A stretch of DNA of 64,000 bases from Octopus vulgaris (taxonomy: Eukaryota). The notes under the pieces were generated by a model that ran no database searches, was not told the origin of the DNA, and was given only the letters and a program-made list of their open reading frames with translations. The stretch is from the NCBI GenBank assembly GCA_951406725.2, contig OX597819.1:124062001-124126000 (forward strand). The letters are read 5' to 3'. How positions within the stretch are numbered: the stretch's first letter is position 1; the number at the start of each line of letters is the position of its first letter. A program made the position numbers and the translations under genes. Shown here piece by piece: positions 1 to 12,319 of the stretch.

Positions 1-73
1 TATTTAAAAAAGGCTAAATAAAATTTTATATCTGCTTTTTTCTCTGCTAAATGCTAGATTCAAAAATTTTCTG

Positions 74-1715
74 CTAAATGCTGGTCTCTGCGCATTTTCA
101 GTGTTTATTGCTCCGGAGCATCTGCCACATATGAAAACTATCCTCCCAGTTAGTCTTCCTTTGATATTGCTGCACCTCTTATGTGTCCATAGCTTACACT
201 GAGTACATCTTACAGAGTTTCTACCTATGCCTCTACTACAGATTGAGCAGGGCCATCTACCTGAAGGGATTTGTGGTGTACCTGCCTTCCTACTTATTAG
301 GACTTTGGTTTTAGCTAGGTTGACTCTAAGGCCCTTCGATTCTAATCCTTGTTTCCACACTTGAAACTTCTCCTCTAGTTCTGATAGTGACTCAGCAATT
401 AGAGCAAGGTCATCAGCATAGAGAAGCATCCAGGGGCATCCTGTCTTGAATTCCTCCATTATTGCCTGGAGGACTGATAAATAGGAGGGGGCTGAGGACT
501 GAACCTTGGTGGGCCCCTACCTCTACCCTGAATTCTTCAGTGTACTCGTTGCCAACCCTCACCTTACTTACGGCGTCCCTGTACATGGCTTGCACAGCTC
601 TCACTAACCGTTCATCTATCCCTTGTTTCATCATTGACCACCAGATAAGTGACCCTGTCAGAGGCTTTCTCCATGTCAACGAAAGCCAGGTACAGGGGCT
701 TATCTTTGGCTAGGTATTTCTCCTGCAGCTGTCTCACCAGAAATATGGCATCAGTGGCGCTTTTCTCTGACACGAAACCAAACTGCATCTCATCCAAGCT
801 GACTCTCTCCCTAATTAGTTGGGCTATGACCCTCTCCGTAACCTTCATTATCTGATCCAACAGCTTGATACTTCTGTAATTATTTGTATCTAAAGCACCA
901 CCTTTACCTTTGTAGCAGTTGACTGCTACACCAGTCATTGGGTATGACTCCTTCGTGTATCACCTGGTTAACTATACGGGTGACTAGGCTATAGCCGATA
1001 CTGCCAGATATTTTGAGCATCTCTGCAGTAATTCCTGATGGGCCTGGGGCTTTCCCTGTCTTCATACTTCTAATTGCCTTAACTACCAAGGAACTGTCAA
1101 CTCGGATAGCTGGTCCCTCTGTTGGGTCGACATTCGGCAGACTCTCTTTCTCCCATTCATTTTTTTATTCAGCAACCTTTCATAGTGGCATCTCCAAACC
1201 TCTCTCTTTGCATCCTCATTTAGCGCAAGTGAACCATCATCCATGCGAACACATTTCTCTCCCTACCACATCACGATTCTCTCTCACACACTGTCTTGCA
1301 ACACGAAATACCTCAAGTCTTTGGTCGTCACAGCGCAGAATATTGGCAAATTTTTTCTTATCTGCTTCCCCTCTGGCTAAATAAACCTGCCTCCTAGCTT
1401 TCCGTCTCGCAGTCTGATACACTTCCCTGCTTCCACCGTTCTTCCAGTCCTTCCAACCCTGTTTCTTTTGTCAACAACATTGTTCCCCACCACGTTATTT
1501 TGGGTCGTTATTTTGCACCATCCACAGATCTGGTCGGTGGCCCTTAGCAGGTTGTCCAGTAAGAACCTCCAGTTGTCTTCTATACCATGTGAAGCTATAT
1601 CCCCTTCTATTTCGTCAAAGGCTTCAAGTAATATGTCTCTAATTCTCTGTCCATTTGCAGGATCTTTAAGTCTCCAGACCCTTCTTCTCCTTGCTGGTCA
1701 TCTTCTGTTCTATTC
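74..1715 (-). mobile_element. RTE-clade LINE fragment (reverse transcriptase with downstream PHD-like finger), frameshifted
   Basis: Overlapping ORFs give KTGKAPGPSGI, NYRSIKLL, QFGF, LAFVDMEKA, GAHQGSVLSPLLF, LLYADDLAL and a C4HC3 motif. Multiple frameshifts. Confidence 0.93.
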
Positions 1716-2489
1716 GTGAAAGATTCACAGTATGTTCGACTCATTAAACTTCCATGCTTAAAGATCAAATTTATGGGGAAAGGGAGCCAAAAGAATAGAG
1801 CAGTTAATTAACTCACTTCTAATTAAGTACACTGTTCCAAATGCATCAAAATAATCAAGAAGTTGGGAAAATTTATCAAAATAACTTTTTTTACATTCTA
1901 CAGCTGATGCTTGGATTTAACAAAAAAAAAAGAAAGAAAAAAACATCATACTTTTTATGAGGAAAAGTTATAAATACTAAAAAACAAATAAGTTTTGTTT
2001 CATACAACCATCAATGGTTTCAAATTGGATGAAGTCAACAACATTTAATGACTTTTATATTTTGGAATCAACTCTGTTTTTCATCCTTCTGGAACAAACT
2101 GAAATGACTAATTTGTGGTTTGCACTAACATTAAAAATTTATACTGATAACAAGATTACAGTTGCATTCAGCAAAGAATCGAAATTGGATCAGGTATTCG
2201 GCAAGCCCAGAAATTATCTGTTACAGAACAGAACAATGTTTGAATTATTTAAAAAATTTGTTTTTAAAGAAAAATATTGTTACTGAATAAAAAAAATGTG
2301 TGAACTGCTGCTTCGGAGATTACAAGTTCAAATTATACACGTGTCCTCCATTAAGGAGTGGGTGCTAAACAGTCTCCTTCAAGGTTGAGGGAAGACAATT
2401 TGAGCAATCATTTGAACAAAATATAAAACAAGTTAGTAAATGATTAAATTTAGATGCTGTTAATGCACCTTATCTTCTTCAAAATCACA

Positions 2490-3033
2490 TTCGATGACTG
2501 GCATCCATACAGGTGGGGTGCAAAGAGCACCATACAAGCGTGATCGTTGCCAGAGCGGCTAACCGGCTTCCGTGCCAGTGGCACATAAAAGGCACCATTC
2601 GAGTGTGATCGATACCAGCATCACCTTACTGGCACTTGTGCCCCATGCTAGTAGGGTGCCAAGAGCACCATCCAAGTGTGATTGTTGCCAGAGCAGCCAA
2701 CTGGCTTCTGTGCCGGTGGCATGTAAAAGGGCACCATTCGAGCGTGATCGTTACCAATGTCACCTTACTGGCACCTGTGCTAGTGGCATATGTAAAAAGA
2801 TTCAAGCAAGGTCGTTGCCAGTACCGCCTGACTGGCCCCATGCCGGTGGCACATAAAAAGCACCCACTACACACTCGGAGTGGTTGGCATTAGGAAGAGC
2901 ATCCAGCTGTAGAAACACTGCCAGATCAAGATTGGAGCCTGGTGCAGCCATCTGGTTCGCCAGCCCTCAGTCAAAATCGTCCAATCCATGCTAGCATGGA
3001 AAGTGGACGTTAAACGATGATGATGATGATGAT
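2490..3033 (+). mobile_element. Family A repeat (RTE 3' UTR / RTE-derived retroposon) with ~58-bp tandem units and (GAT)n tail
   Basis: Repeated GTGATCGTT(G/A)CCA..GTGCC..GGCAC units, then GGCATCCAGCTGTAGAAAC..CCATGCTAGCATGGAAAG..GACGTTAAACGATGATG. Confidence 0.9.
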
Positions 3034-3269
3034 ATTTCAGATACACCAAGAACTGTAGCTCTTAAACCCTTTCAGGTCATCATACCTCACAGATGCACGC
3101 ATCTATTCCCCAGCGACTTTTAATTTATTAAAATATAGTTCAGAATAGTAGTTTTTTTTTGTTTTTTTTTTCAGTACCTTTGAGTATAAATAATTTCTTG
3201 GTAACATTACAAAAGAAACAGAGTAAGAGATCAGAAGAAACATCACAAAAGGAATATATGTCAATTGAC

Positions 3270-3750
3270 TCTTCTTACTGGCCAGCATGGCATTTTACCA
3301 AGTTGGTGTATCATCAATGGGTGATCGACTTTAATGATTGTAAGGCCTGTGGAAATGGTAGTTATGACTATCATACTAGAACTGGGCACCACTGCATAGT
3401 GCCAAGGACTCCAAATTTGCCATCAAGATGTAGGACAAGATACTGCAATAGCCTGGGCTTCAGAGGTCCACAGCTCTTCAATATCCTCCCGAAGGACCTG
3501 AGAGACCTGCATGGGGTGAATGTAGGTGTCTTCAAAATAAAGCTGGACTTCTTCCTGTCAGGTGTCCCAGATGAACCAACTTCATGGCAGGAGGTGCAGA
3601 TGAGGGCAGCTGCATCAAACTATCTCATACACCAAATGTCAATTGTTAAAAAGCATTCATAAAGTAAGATCATGTAGCAACACCGAATAGCGGTGCCTCA
3701 GCATGGCCACAGCTCGTGAGCTGAAACTAGATGAAATGAAACGAAAAATG
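3270..3750 (+). mobile_element. CR1/L2-like LINE 3' end
   Basis: C-terminal peptide NSLGFRGPQLFNILPKDLRDL..FKIKLDFFLSGVPDEP, then a 3' stem-loop CAGCATGGCCACAGCTCGTGAGCTGAAAC and (TGAAA)n tail. Confidence 0.8.
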
Positions 3751-4139
3751 GAAAAATCATAGCTTTCTCTAAAAGAGGTGCAACTAGAAATCCAACCTGG
3801 CCAGCTGTTAGACAATGTTCATTACCTTAAATGTAATTTGATGAACAAGAATACCAATTCTGAATTGGTAGCTTATAATATCAAAACTATGAGATTGATA
3901 TGATGAGAGTAGATGGTGAATGAATAAAAAAAGAATGTCACTAGCGAAATGTGGATGGTGGTAACTATGACTAAAAGTATAAATGGAGAAATAATAAAAC
4001 ATGGAACAAATAGGTGTGTTGATAGAAATAATAATGAGAAAGGAGAAAGTCGAAGATTCTAATCAGATACATGATGCAATGAAATAAAATAAACAAATCA
4101 TTTATTACATTAAATTATACCTCACTAACTGGTAAAAAT

Positions 4140-4365
4140 ACTGGTACGTAAAAAGCACCAACCGATCGTGGCCGTTGCCAGCCTTGCCTGGCACGTAAAA
4201 AGCACCCACTACACTCATGGAGTGGTTGGTATTAGGAAGGGCATCCAGTTGTAGAAACACTGCCAGATCAGACTGGGCCTGGTGCAGCCTCCTGGCTTCC
4301 CAGACCTCAGTCGAACTGATCAACCTATGCTAGCATGGAAAGCGGACATTTAAATGATGATGATA
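4140..4365 (+). mobile_element. Family A repeat, 5'-truncated
   Basis: Family A 3' block and GATGAT tail. Confidence 0.88.
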
Positions 4366-5902
4366 GTTTTCAAGCTATGGAAACCATAATAACACAATGA
4401 TAACCAATAAAATTATTGTAATTCAAAATGTACTTTAATTAGATCTAAAGATAGAATTCTACATATCACCTTCCATTTTCCTTCAAAGATCAGCAATACA
4501 TGGCTAACTAAGAGACTCTATCTTATATAGACCACAGAAAATTTATCTGTGAAATTATACCAGATGGAACCCCAAAAGCATTTGAATAGTCAACCGTTAT
4601 GATGAAGAGATGTCAAGAACTGTCACAGAAACAAAATGGGGAATAAATCTTAATATGAAACAAAAAAAACAAGTCAGCGAAGAAAAAAAAAAACACATAA
4701 AACTGATAACAAATATCTTTTTCTTTCCTTTCAATTAGCAGGCAAAAAAAATTTTTTAAATCTAAGTATCTAACATTATTTACTTATGTAAGTGGTAGAT
4801 ATAAACAAAATAGTATGGCAAAGCAGTCGTCACAAGCACCTAAACATATTCTTCAACAGTGACAAATATATATATATTTCATATTACAAGGCTGATGAAT
4901 GACATGATGTATGTACATACATGTTTTCAATTTTCCTCTTTCCAACATAAACAAACAACATAGTTTATTGATAAACACAACTGCATAACTGCTGGTTATT
5001 TTGAATGACTAAATCTTATATTCCAATAAGACCAACACTTAAACTGAAGCCAACGCAATCCTGTCTTCTTCATATCTCAAAATCTAGGTTCTTCGAGTCA
5101 TTCTCGCTGTCCTCATCTAAATCAGCAAAGTAAACAGTTGCTGGAAAAATTCATCACCCCCAAGATTACAACTGCAGAGCTATTTACATAGGTAAAAGTC
5201 AAGATCGAGTTACTAAACACTCAACTATATTTAGGACATACCACTCTCCTAATTTGTCTTGAAAATCTGAATCAGAAGCAGCAGAGATTCTCAGCAGCCA
5301 ACAGCTTCGGCAGAAATGTCAGCTCTTCACATTAACATTGTCATATTTTCTTCAGCTGGATATTGATGGTGAATCAAAGAGCTGACAGCTATACACCAAC
5401 ACCGAGTGTCAGATAATATAACATGTGAACCTACCACTATATAAACAGTTACGTAAACAAAGTTTCATTTGAAAATAAATATTGCTTTGATACTCTCACA
5501 CTTTTACAGCTGTTTTCTATGCTTGGATGGGTTGGCTGGTTCTACAATTTTAGAGATTTGCACAAGTTGTTGAAACAGGTGTTATACAGTTAGGTTCCCT
5601 TCAGAGTAACTATTCAATTATGACATAGGAAACAGTACATTTTTTCTTCAGACATCAAAAAGGAGAAAGCACTTGGTCTTACATTATTAAGGTATAATGC
5701 ATAGAGGGTTTGAAATCATTATTTTTGAGGTCAGAATAGGGTTGTGTAATCTGTACTATCATAAATGGAAACTATACCAGTAATGTCCCATAGATGATGA
5801 ATATTTTAGTAAGATGACCTATGTACCAAACAATGATAATTCAAACCAAACATCAATGAAACCTAACCTCATCCAATTAGTGTTACTCTACCTCCTGTTC
5901 AG

Positions 5903-6130
5903 TTAACCCTTTAGTATTTAAACCGGCCATATCCGGCCAAAATATTTAATCTGTTTTATGTTCAAACTGACCAGATCCAGGCTCTCACACCTACCCTACA
6001 ATGATATTCTACATTAAGTAATTACACCATCAAGATCTTGAAGATATGAGACCAATGCATAATTAATTCAAATCAATGGGAATCAATAAGCATTATGTTT
6101 GATAGAATAATCTGAACGCTAAAGGGTTAA
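5903..6130 (+). mobile_element. TTAA (piggyBac-type) MITE family M1
   Basis: TTAA-CCCTTTAG ... CTAAAGGG-TTAA, 220 bp between the TTAA sites. Six copies in the window. Confidence 0.9.
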
Positions 6131-6643
6131 AGACAACCTGCAAAGTACATGGGGTCCTGCTTCTCTCCACAGTATGTTTCACATCAATTTTCACTAGTGT
6201 ACTATAGTATTCCAAATTTGGGCATCCACATACTTTAAGAACAATTATACGCTTCTTGCTGCTAACTTCTTGACTATCAAAGCAGGAATGGCATATATTA
6301 ACAATCAGGCAAAGTGAGGCATTGCAATATAAATGTATACTTCATCAAAACACTATGCTACAAATTAAAAAAAGTATTCTTTTTCACCCAATCTACTTAA
6401 CAAAAATGCCATTTCTCAATCTATTAAAAACCAAACTTTCTCATATACCTCCACAATGGTTCATTCTTTATGAATCTACTGGTATCTTCCACTGAGTGTC
6501 ATCAATTTTGATATACAAGTTAACATTTTTTAAGCCCAATGCATCTAAAAATATTCCTAATTTTGATGTGCTGACTGGTTCAGTGGCTTCATTTACCATA
6601 CATTCATTACAGGTTTGGATTTGTTAAGACTCAATTACAAATA

Positions 6644-6876
6644 TTATTCTTTATTGCCCACAAGGGGCTAAACATAGAGGGGACAAACAAGGACAGACAA
6701 AGGGATTAAGTCGATTACATCGACTCCAGTGTGAATTGGTACTTAATTTATCGACCCTGAAAGGATGAAAGGCAAAGTGGACCTCGGCGGAATTTGAACT
6801 CAGAACGTAACGACAGATGAAATACGGCTAAGCATTTTGCCCGGCGTGCCAACGTTTCTGCCAGCTCACCACCTTC
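6644..6876 (-). mobile_element. tRNA-derived SINE family C
   Basis: Head GGTGAGCTGGCAGAAACGTTGG, B-box GAGTTCAAATTCC, block GCCTTTCATCCTTTC. Flanked by TTAAGACTCAATT duplication. Confidence 0.9.
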
Positions 6877-7039
6877 TTAAGACTCAATTACATATAATTA
6901 AACAGTTTCATGTTATTAAAACTAATTTCCATTTTTTCTTTCCCAAATCAAAACATCCTCAAAATACTGAATCTAAGAAGGACCTGCTAAATGTTTAGTA
7001 TTCTACCATTTTGTTTAATATGAGTGTAGATAGCAATTT

Positions 7040-7420
7040 GGAGGCGCAATGGCCCAGTGGTTAGGGTAGCGGACTCGCGGTCGTAGGATCGCGGTTTCGA
7101 TTCCCAGACCGGGCGTTGTGAGTGTTTATTGAGTGAAAACACCTAAAGCTCCACGAGGCTCCGGCAGGGGATGGTGGTGATTCCTGCTGTACTCTTTCAC
7201 CACAAATTTCTCTCACTCTTACTTCCTGTTTCTGTTGTACCTGTATTTCAAAGGACACTCTCTGTGTCATGCTGAATATCCCCGAGAACTACATTAAGGG
7301 TACACGTGTCTGTGGAGTGCTCAGCCACTTACACGTTAATTTCACGAGCAGGCTGTTCCGTTGATTCGGATCAACCGGAACCCTCGTCGTCGTTACCGAC
7401 GGAGTGCTTCCATCCATACG
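7040..7420 (+). mobile_element. tRNA-derived SINE family D, body type 1
   Basis: Head GGAGGCGCAATGGCCCAGTGGTTAGGG..GGTTTCGATTCC (A/B boxes). 35-bp flanking duplication at 7005-7039 and 7421-7455. Confidence 0.92.
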
Positions 7421-7813
7421 ACCATTTTGTTTAATATGAGAGTATATAGCAATTTTTCAACTCTAACTAATCAACATGAAAACATTGTTTTATTAAAGAT
7501 ACCTTTCCTCTTTCTTTAAAAAACACTCCAAAGTTAAGGAATTAAAGAAATAGCTTGAAGGTGAAGAATTAATACAGATTATTTTATTGGGCAGAAATGT
7601 TATGGCAAAAGAAGCAATCCTCAAAACCCAAGCGTCAATGACATGGCAATACTAACCATTATTTAGTTTAATATTTCAATTCATAACCAATAATTCTATT
7701 CTGAAACGAAGGTTCACTGTGTACCTTAATCTAACTATTGGTGCCAATAGATTAATTTAAAAAAATTTTTTTTTAGTGTTTATGGAGCCTGGATTGATGG
7801 ATTGTCAGCTTCC

Positions 7814-8027
7814 TTAACTCTTTAGTATTTAAACTGGCCATATACAGCCAAAATATTTAATCTGTTTTATGTTCAAACTGACCAGATCCTACCTTACAAT
7901 GTTATTCTACATTAAGTAATTGCACCATCAAGATCTTGAAGATATGAGATAATGCATGATTAATTCAAATCAATGGGAATCAATAGGCATTATGTTTCAT
8001 TGAATAATCTGAACACTAAAGGGTTAA
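7814..8027 (+). mobile_element. MITE family M1
   Basis: TTAA ends. Near-identical to 5903-6130 with a small internal deletion. Confidence 0.88.
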
Positions 8028-9374
8028 GCACAATGTCTAGAAATACATCATTTCACTCTTGTTAGATTAAATCACCAAGCTATACATAGGTACCAAAAGG
8101 AGGCTCAACTCACTGGTGTGAGGGCGTTTTGTTACCTTGTTACAGGTGAACTCAAATCCCTCTATATAACCCGGAGAAAGATAGGCTAAAGATTGTTTCA
8201 CCCTTTATGTAGATATGTGACATAAAGATGGCATCTTTATGAGGATTGCTATAGGCCAGTACGCTCTCTCAAACACAAGTGCACATGTGAATACGCACAC
8301 ACACACGTTTTTAAATTTTGCACATGCCTCTGCCATTTATGCATGAAAAAGGGAGGAAAAATATTCCAGAATGATTACTAGTTTTTACCATCTTTTATTG
8401 GCTGAAAATAACAACACCAGTAATACTAGTTCAAACATCATTCAACAATAATCTTTACTCTACATTCATTAAAAAACTGCATAAGCTTGAAAAACAAATT
8501 GATAGTCAATATTAGCTTTCCCCATGGGCCATTATTATCCTTACATTCCACATCATCTCCACACTAATGTGTTTTCCATATGGTTCTCTCTCAGACAATA
8601 CCATAATAGGTGTTTTGCTTTGTGTTGTTTCTAAAAATCAAATCTGGTTTTAATTCATTGGAATGCTTATTGGTTCTGGCTCTCAGCCAATTAGTCCATT
8701 ACTAGGTCAAGATACTATACAGTAACACACCACTTTCCAAACTCCATACATCTAGCCAACAGAACCAATATCAATAGTGTAACCTGGTTAGGACTCTAAC
8801 CAAAATGGAATTATAATTAGTCTCAATACCACAGAGACTGTCAGTCACCAGTCACAAATCCGTTAGCTTTGAACTAAATGAATTATTAACATTTCATCAT
8901 TTTTATAATCATCTTGGACGGTCATTGGTACATCACTACTAACAATATCAAAGTCCATTGATGACCTCAATTTTTTCTAGAAAGTTTTGATATTTAATTT
9001 TAATATATAGCATTGTCAAGAAAATAAAATGTAAATTGCTAACAGGACGTCAGCTACAGCTACTTAAAATTTTGTTTTTTAAATCAGTAATTAACAAAGT
9101 TTTACCTCACATTGAAATTATGCATATCACATCCGTCTTACAAAAAATATTTCCGTATTTTTCATATGGAATTATCCATACTTATCCCTTTTGAAAAAAG
9201 CAATGCAAATCTTTTGTTTTCCATGGTTTATTGTTAAATCCTTGCAAATGTGACATCATTATGACGTCACATAAAGCAAACACTAGTGATCTTCCCTTTG
9301 CTGACAAGGAAACTATTTTATTTTTATAAAACATGAAAAAATGGAAACAAATACGTTAAGTGAAGGAAACTTAC

Positions 9375-9524
9375 TAGAGCGAGATTCGCATTGGGAACGT
9401 TGTTATTGTATTCTTGTAATTTACTTTGAAGCTCCTCCCGGTTGAGTGTTGCTTCACTTGGTTCTTTCTTTGGTAAAATCTCATCCGGAATTGGACCTGA
9501 TCTGTAACCAGAATCGGTTTCATC
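9375..9524 (-). CDS. RASSF1: Internal coding exon of a RASSF1/RASSF5-like (Ras-association domain family) gene
   Basis: Acceptor TTTTTCCTCAG|GAT, donor CTA|GTAAGT, 150 nt, phase 0-0. Encodes DETDSGYRSGPIPDEILPKKEPSEATLNREELQSKLQEYNNNVPNANLAL, resembling the RASSF1 segment LSQAEIEQKIKEYNAQINSNLFMSL that precedes the RA domain. The exact paralog is uncertain. Confidence 0.85.
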
Positions 9525-9956
9525 CTGAGGAAAAATAAAAGGTACAACCATTGTTGTTATGATTATTCCTTGCAGGGGAAGTGGGGGGGGTCTTTTTCTT
9601 TATTTTCTTTTTTTTTTTTCTTCTTTTAACTGACAACATCAAATACACAATGAAAGCTAAACAGCAAAACAAAGAGATTTCAATCAGGTAAACTGCCATT
9701 TTTGTACTTAGCATAAAAAAACTTACTAAATCAAATTATTATTGTCACTAATTAAAAGTAATTATCTAATTTATTTAATAGACACATTGTGGATTACAAT
9801 ATTGTATTTATTTTCAGCCAAAATTTATTTTGCAGCATGTAAGACACATATTAGCCATTCAGGGACACACAGACGATTAACTTTGCTTAAACATTTATTG
9901 AGAAACATTGTCAGCAACCAGGTTGCAGTTTGGAGCAATGTGAATTTGGATACCAT

Positions 9957-10380
9957 ATTCATCATCATCATCGTTTAACGTCCGCTTTCCATGCTAGCAT
10001 GGGTTGGACGGTTCAACTGGGGTCTGTGAAGCCAGAAGGCTGCACCAGGCCCAGTCTGATCTGGCAGAGTTTCTACGACTGGATGCCCTTCCTAACGCCA
10101 ACCACTCCGCGAGTGTAGTGGGTGCTTTTTACGTGCTACCCGTACAGGTGCCAGACGGAACTGGCAAACGGCCACGGACGGATGGTGCTTTTTACATGCC
10201 ACCGGCACGGGGGCCAGGCGAGGCTGGCAACGGCCACGAACGGATGGTGCTTTTTACGTGCCACCGCCACGGAGGCCAGTTGGGGCGGCGCTGGCAACGG
10301 CCACAATCGGATGGTTCGCTTACTTGTCACCGGCACTGGTATCACAGCCGCAATTTCCATTGATGTTGATCGACTTCAAT
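9957..10380 (-). mobile_element. Family A repeat with ~4 tandem ~58-bp units
   Basis: (CAT)n start on + strand, AACGTCCGCTTTCCATGCTAGCATGGG, repeated GGATGGTGCTTTTTAC.TGCCACCG. Confidence 0.92.
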
Positions 10381-11545
10381 TTTGGTTCTGTTTTCTGATA
10401 TCTGATTTGATTTGGTTTGATTTGATATTAGAATCAATAAATGTTCAAGTGAAGTTAAAAGTCTTTGTATGTTTCTGACTGACTAATGCGTATCTTCCAT
10501 GCTGTGGTCGTTTTAGTTTCAACATACAATGTCAGGTTGAAACACTTGCCATGCAAGTACATCTCTGTAATTTAATTATTTTATCCACTATAAAAGAACA
10601 ATGCTAAATAATTCCATAAAAACATATTTAAATTAATTGGAACTACTCTACAGAATTTCACATGCCCAAATGAATCTAAATTTCTTATATAGTACCATTA
10701 TTACATTGACAATTACAAATATATAAGCCTAGAAATCAATCAAGAAGCACCGTTACATTGAATAAATGAAATATTTACCAGCTACATGTTCTGGCAATGT
10801 TAAAGCAAGATGCAGTACAAAATTTGCTATAATTACTTTATACAACTAGACTGAGGTAACTGTATATGTGGTTACTAGCAAAATAAAAAGCAACTTAGGG
10901 AAAAAATGTACAACAACAAAAAATATTTTAAGAATAAATTCAACAAATTCTTGTTTAAATAATTGGGATGGAACCAAAAAAAAAAATAATAATGCTATGA
11001 ATTTTAATAACTCTAGGGTTACAGGATAGCCAAAGCATTCACTAGCAGTGAAATAAACAGCTTTTCACCAACCTGAAATCTTATTGGAGGAATTTTGGAA
11101 TGTATATCTCTAAACAACAACTGTAACTTTTCCCAATCCCAACAGGCCACCATGTCTTTTACTTTATGAGGCAGTTGTTCTTGATCCCTCAAAGATTTGG
11201 TGACCCACAGGAATGGTGATAAAACGGGTTCATGAATATCAATTCTCAGAGGACTATCTTCTCTGTAAACTTGAGAGAGCTCCCTGGTACAACTCTGTTT
11301 AACAGGAGAAACAGGTGTTTATGACTTCACATCCATTAAAGGTTCTGGTCTCAACATGTCTATGCACTGAGAGGCAAGTGGTGTCTGAGAATATGCATGC
11401 GTTTGTAGATAAAGTGGCATAATATAATAAGACTACATGAAAAACTAAACTATAATAAATCATTTAGTCAATGAAAGGTTAACAAATAACAAAAATCAAA
11501 GTTGAATCAAGAATTTTTTTTTCCTCTTCAGATCTGTTCATTCTC

Positions 11546-11773
11546 TTAACCCTTTCAGTACCAACCCGGCTGAAACCGGCTCTTGCTTTGAGTACAAATG
11601 TCTTGTTTTCCTAAGTTTTGAATTAAAATCTTTCACCAAACCTTAGACACAATTTATGTTCCTAACACTAGCTGAATGATAACAAAGTTATTTTTCTAAA
11701 TTCTTTGTTATATTTAACGTAATTGAAAGAAACACAGAATATATCAAAATAAATACGGTAACGAAAGGGTTAA
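11546..11773 (+). mobile_element. TTAA (piggyBac-type) MITE family M2
   Basis: TTAA-CCCTTTCAGTACC ... GGTAACGAAAGGG-TTAA. Confidence 0.9.
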
Positions 11774-11981
11774 TGGTGATGAAAGAAACAAATTATTTTT
11801 CATATTACTATTCCTCTTACATAAGACTAAAGAAGTTTCCTCCTAATCTATTGGAAAATCAACATTAAAGTCAGATGTAGGAGAAGGACTTTTCAGAATG
11901 TAAAAGCTTATGTATGTAAGAAATACTGAAATCTACACTAAAACTCTAAATTAATTTATTTTTTCTTTTTACTTTTTATAC

Positions 11982-12209
11982 TTAACCCATTCGTTACCGT
12001 ATTTATTTTTAGATGCTCTGTGTTTCTTTCAATTACGTTAAATATCACAAAGAATTTAGTAAAATAACTTAGTTATCATTCAGCTGGTGTTAGGAACATA
12101 AATTGTGACTAAGGTTTGTTGGAAGATTTTAATTCAAAACTTATGAAAACAAGACATTTGAACTCAGAGCCAGAGCTGGTTTCAGCCGGGTTGGTAACGA
12201 AAGGGCTAA
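11982..12209 (-). mobile_element. MITE family M2, inverted relative to the 11546 copy
   Basis: Reverse complement of 11546-11773, with TTAA/CTAA ends. Confidence 0.9.
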
Positions 12210-12319
12210 GGTAACTATAGCAGGACTCAAGACCTAAGTGTGTCTGATCATTATCTTGCTAAAGCAATGAAATACCAGCCAGAGAAGTCTGGAACATAAA
12301 AATAAAGAATTTGCAACAC

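Noticed and set aside
2572-3049. Recurrent ORFs such as MLAWVG..LQLDALPNANHSESVVGAFY and MLFTCHRH in many places
   Set aside because: These are chance translations of family A repeats, with frames and stops that vary between copies.
7040-7112. tRNA genes at SINE B, C and D heads
   Set aside because: A/B boxes are present but continue into SINE bodies with tails and TSDs, and acceptor stems are incomplete.
1750-9300. RASSF RA-domain and SARAH exons
   Set aside because: I found no YTGFIKV-like or other RA peptide with splice sites. They probably lie left of the window. Coding-like patches near 5.0-5.4, 6.1-6.6 and 8.6-8.9 kb look like old LINE debris.
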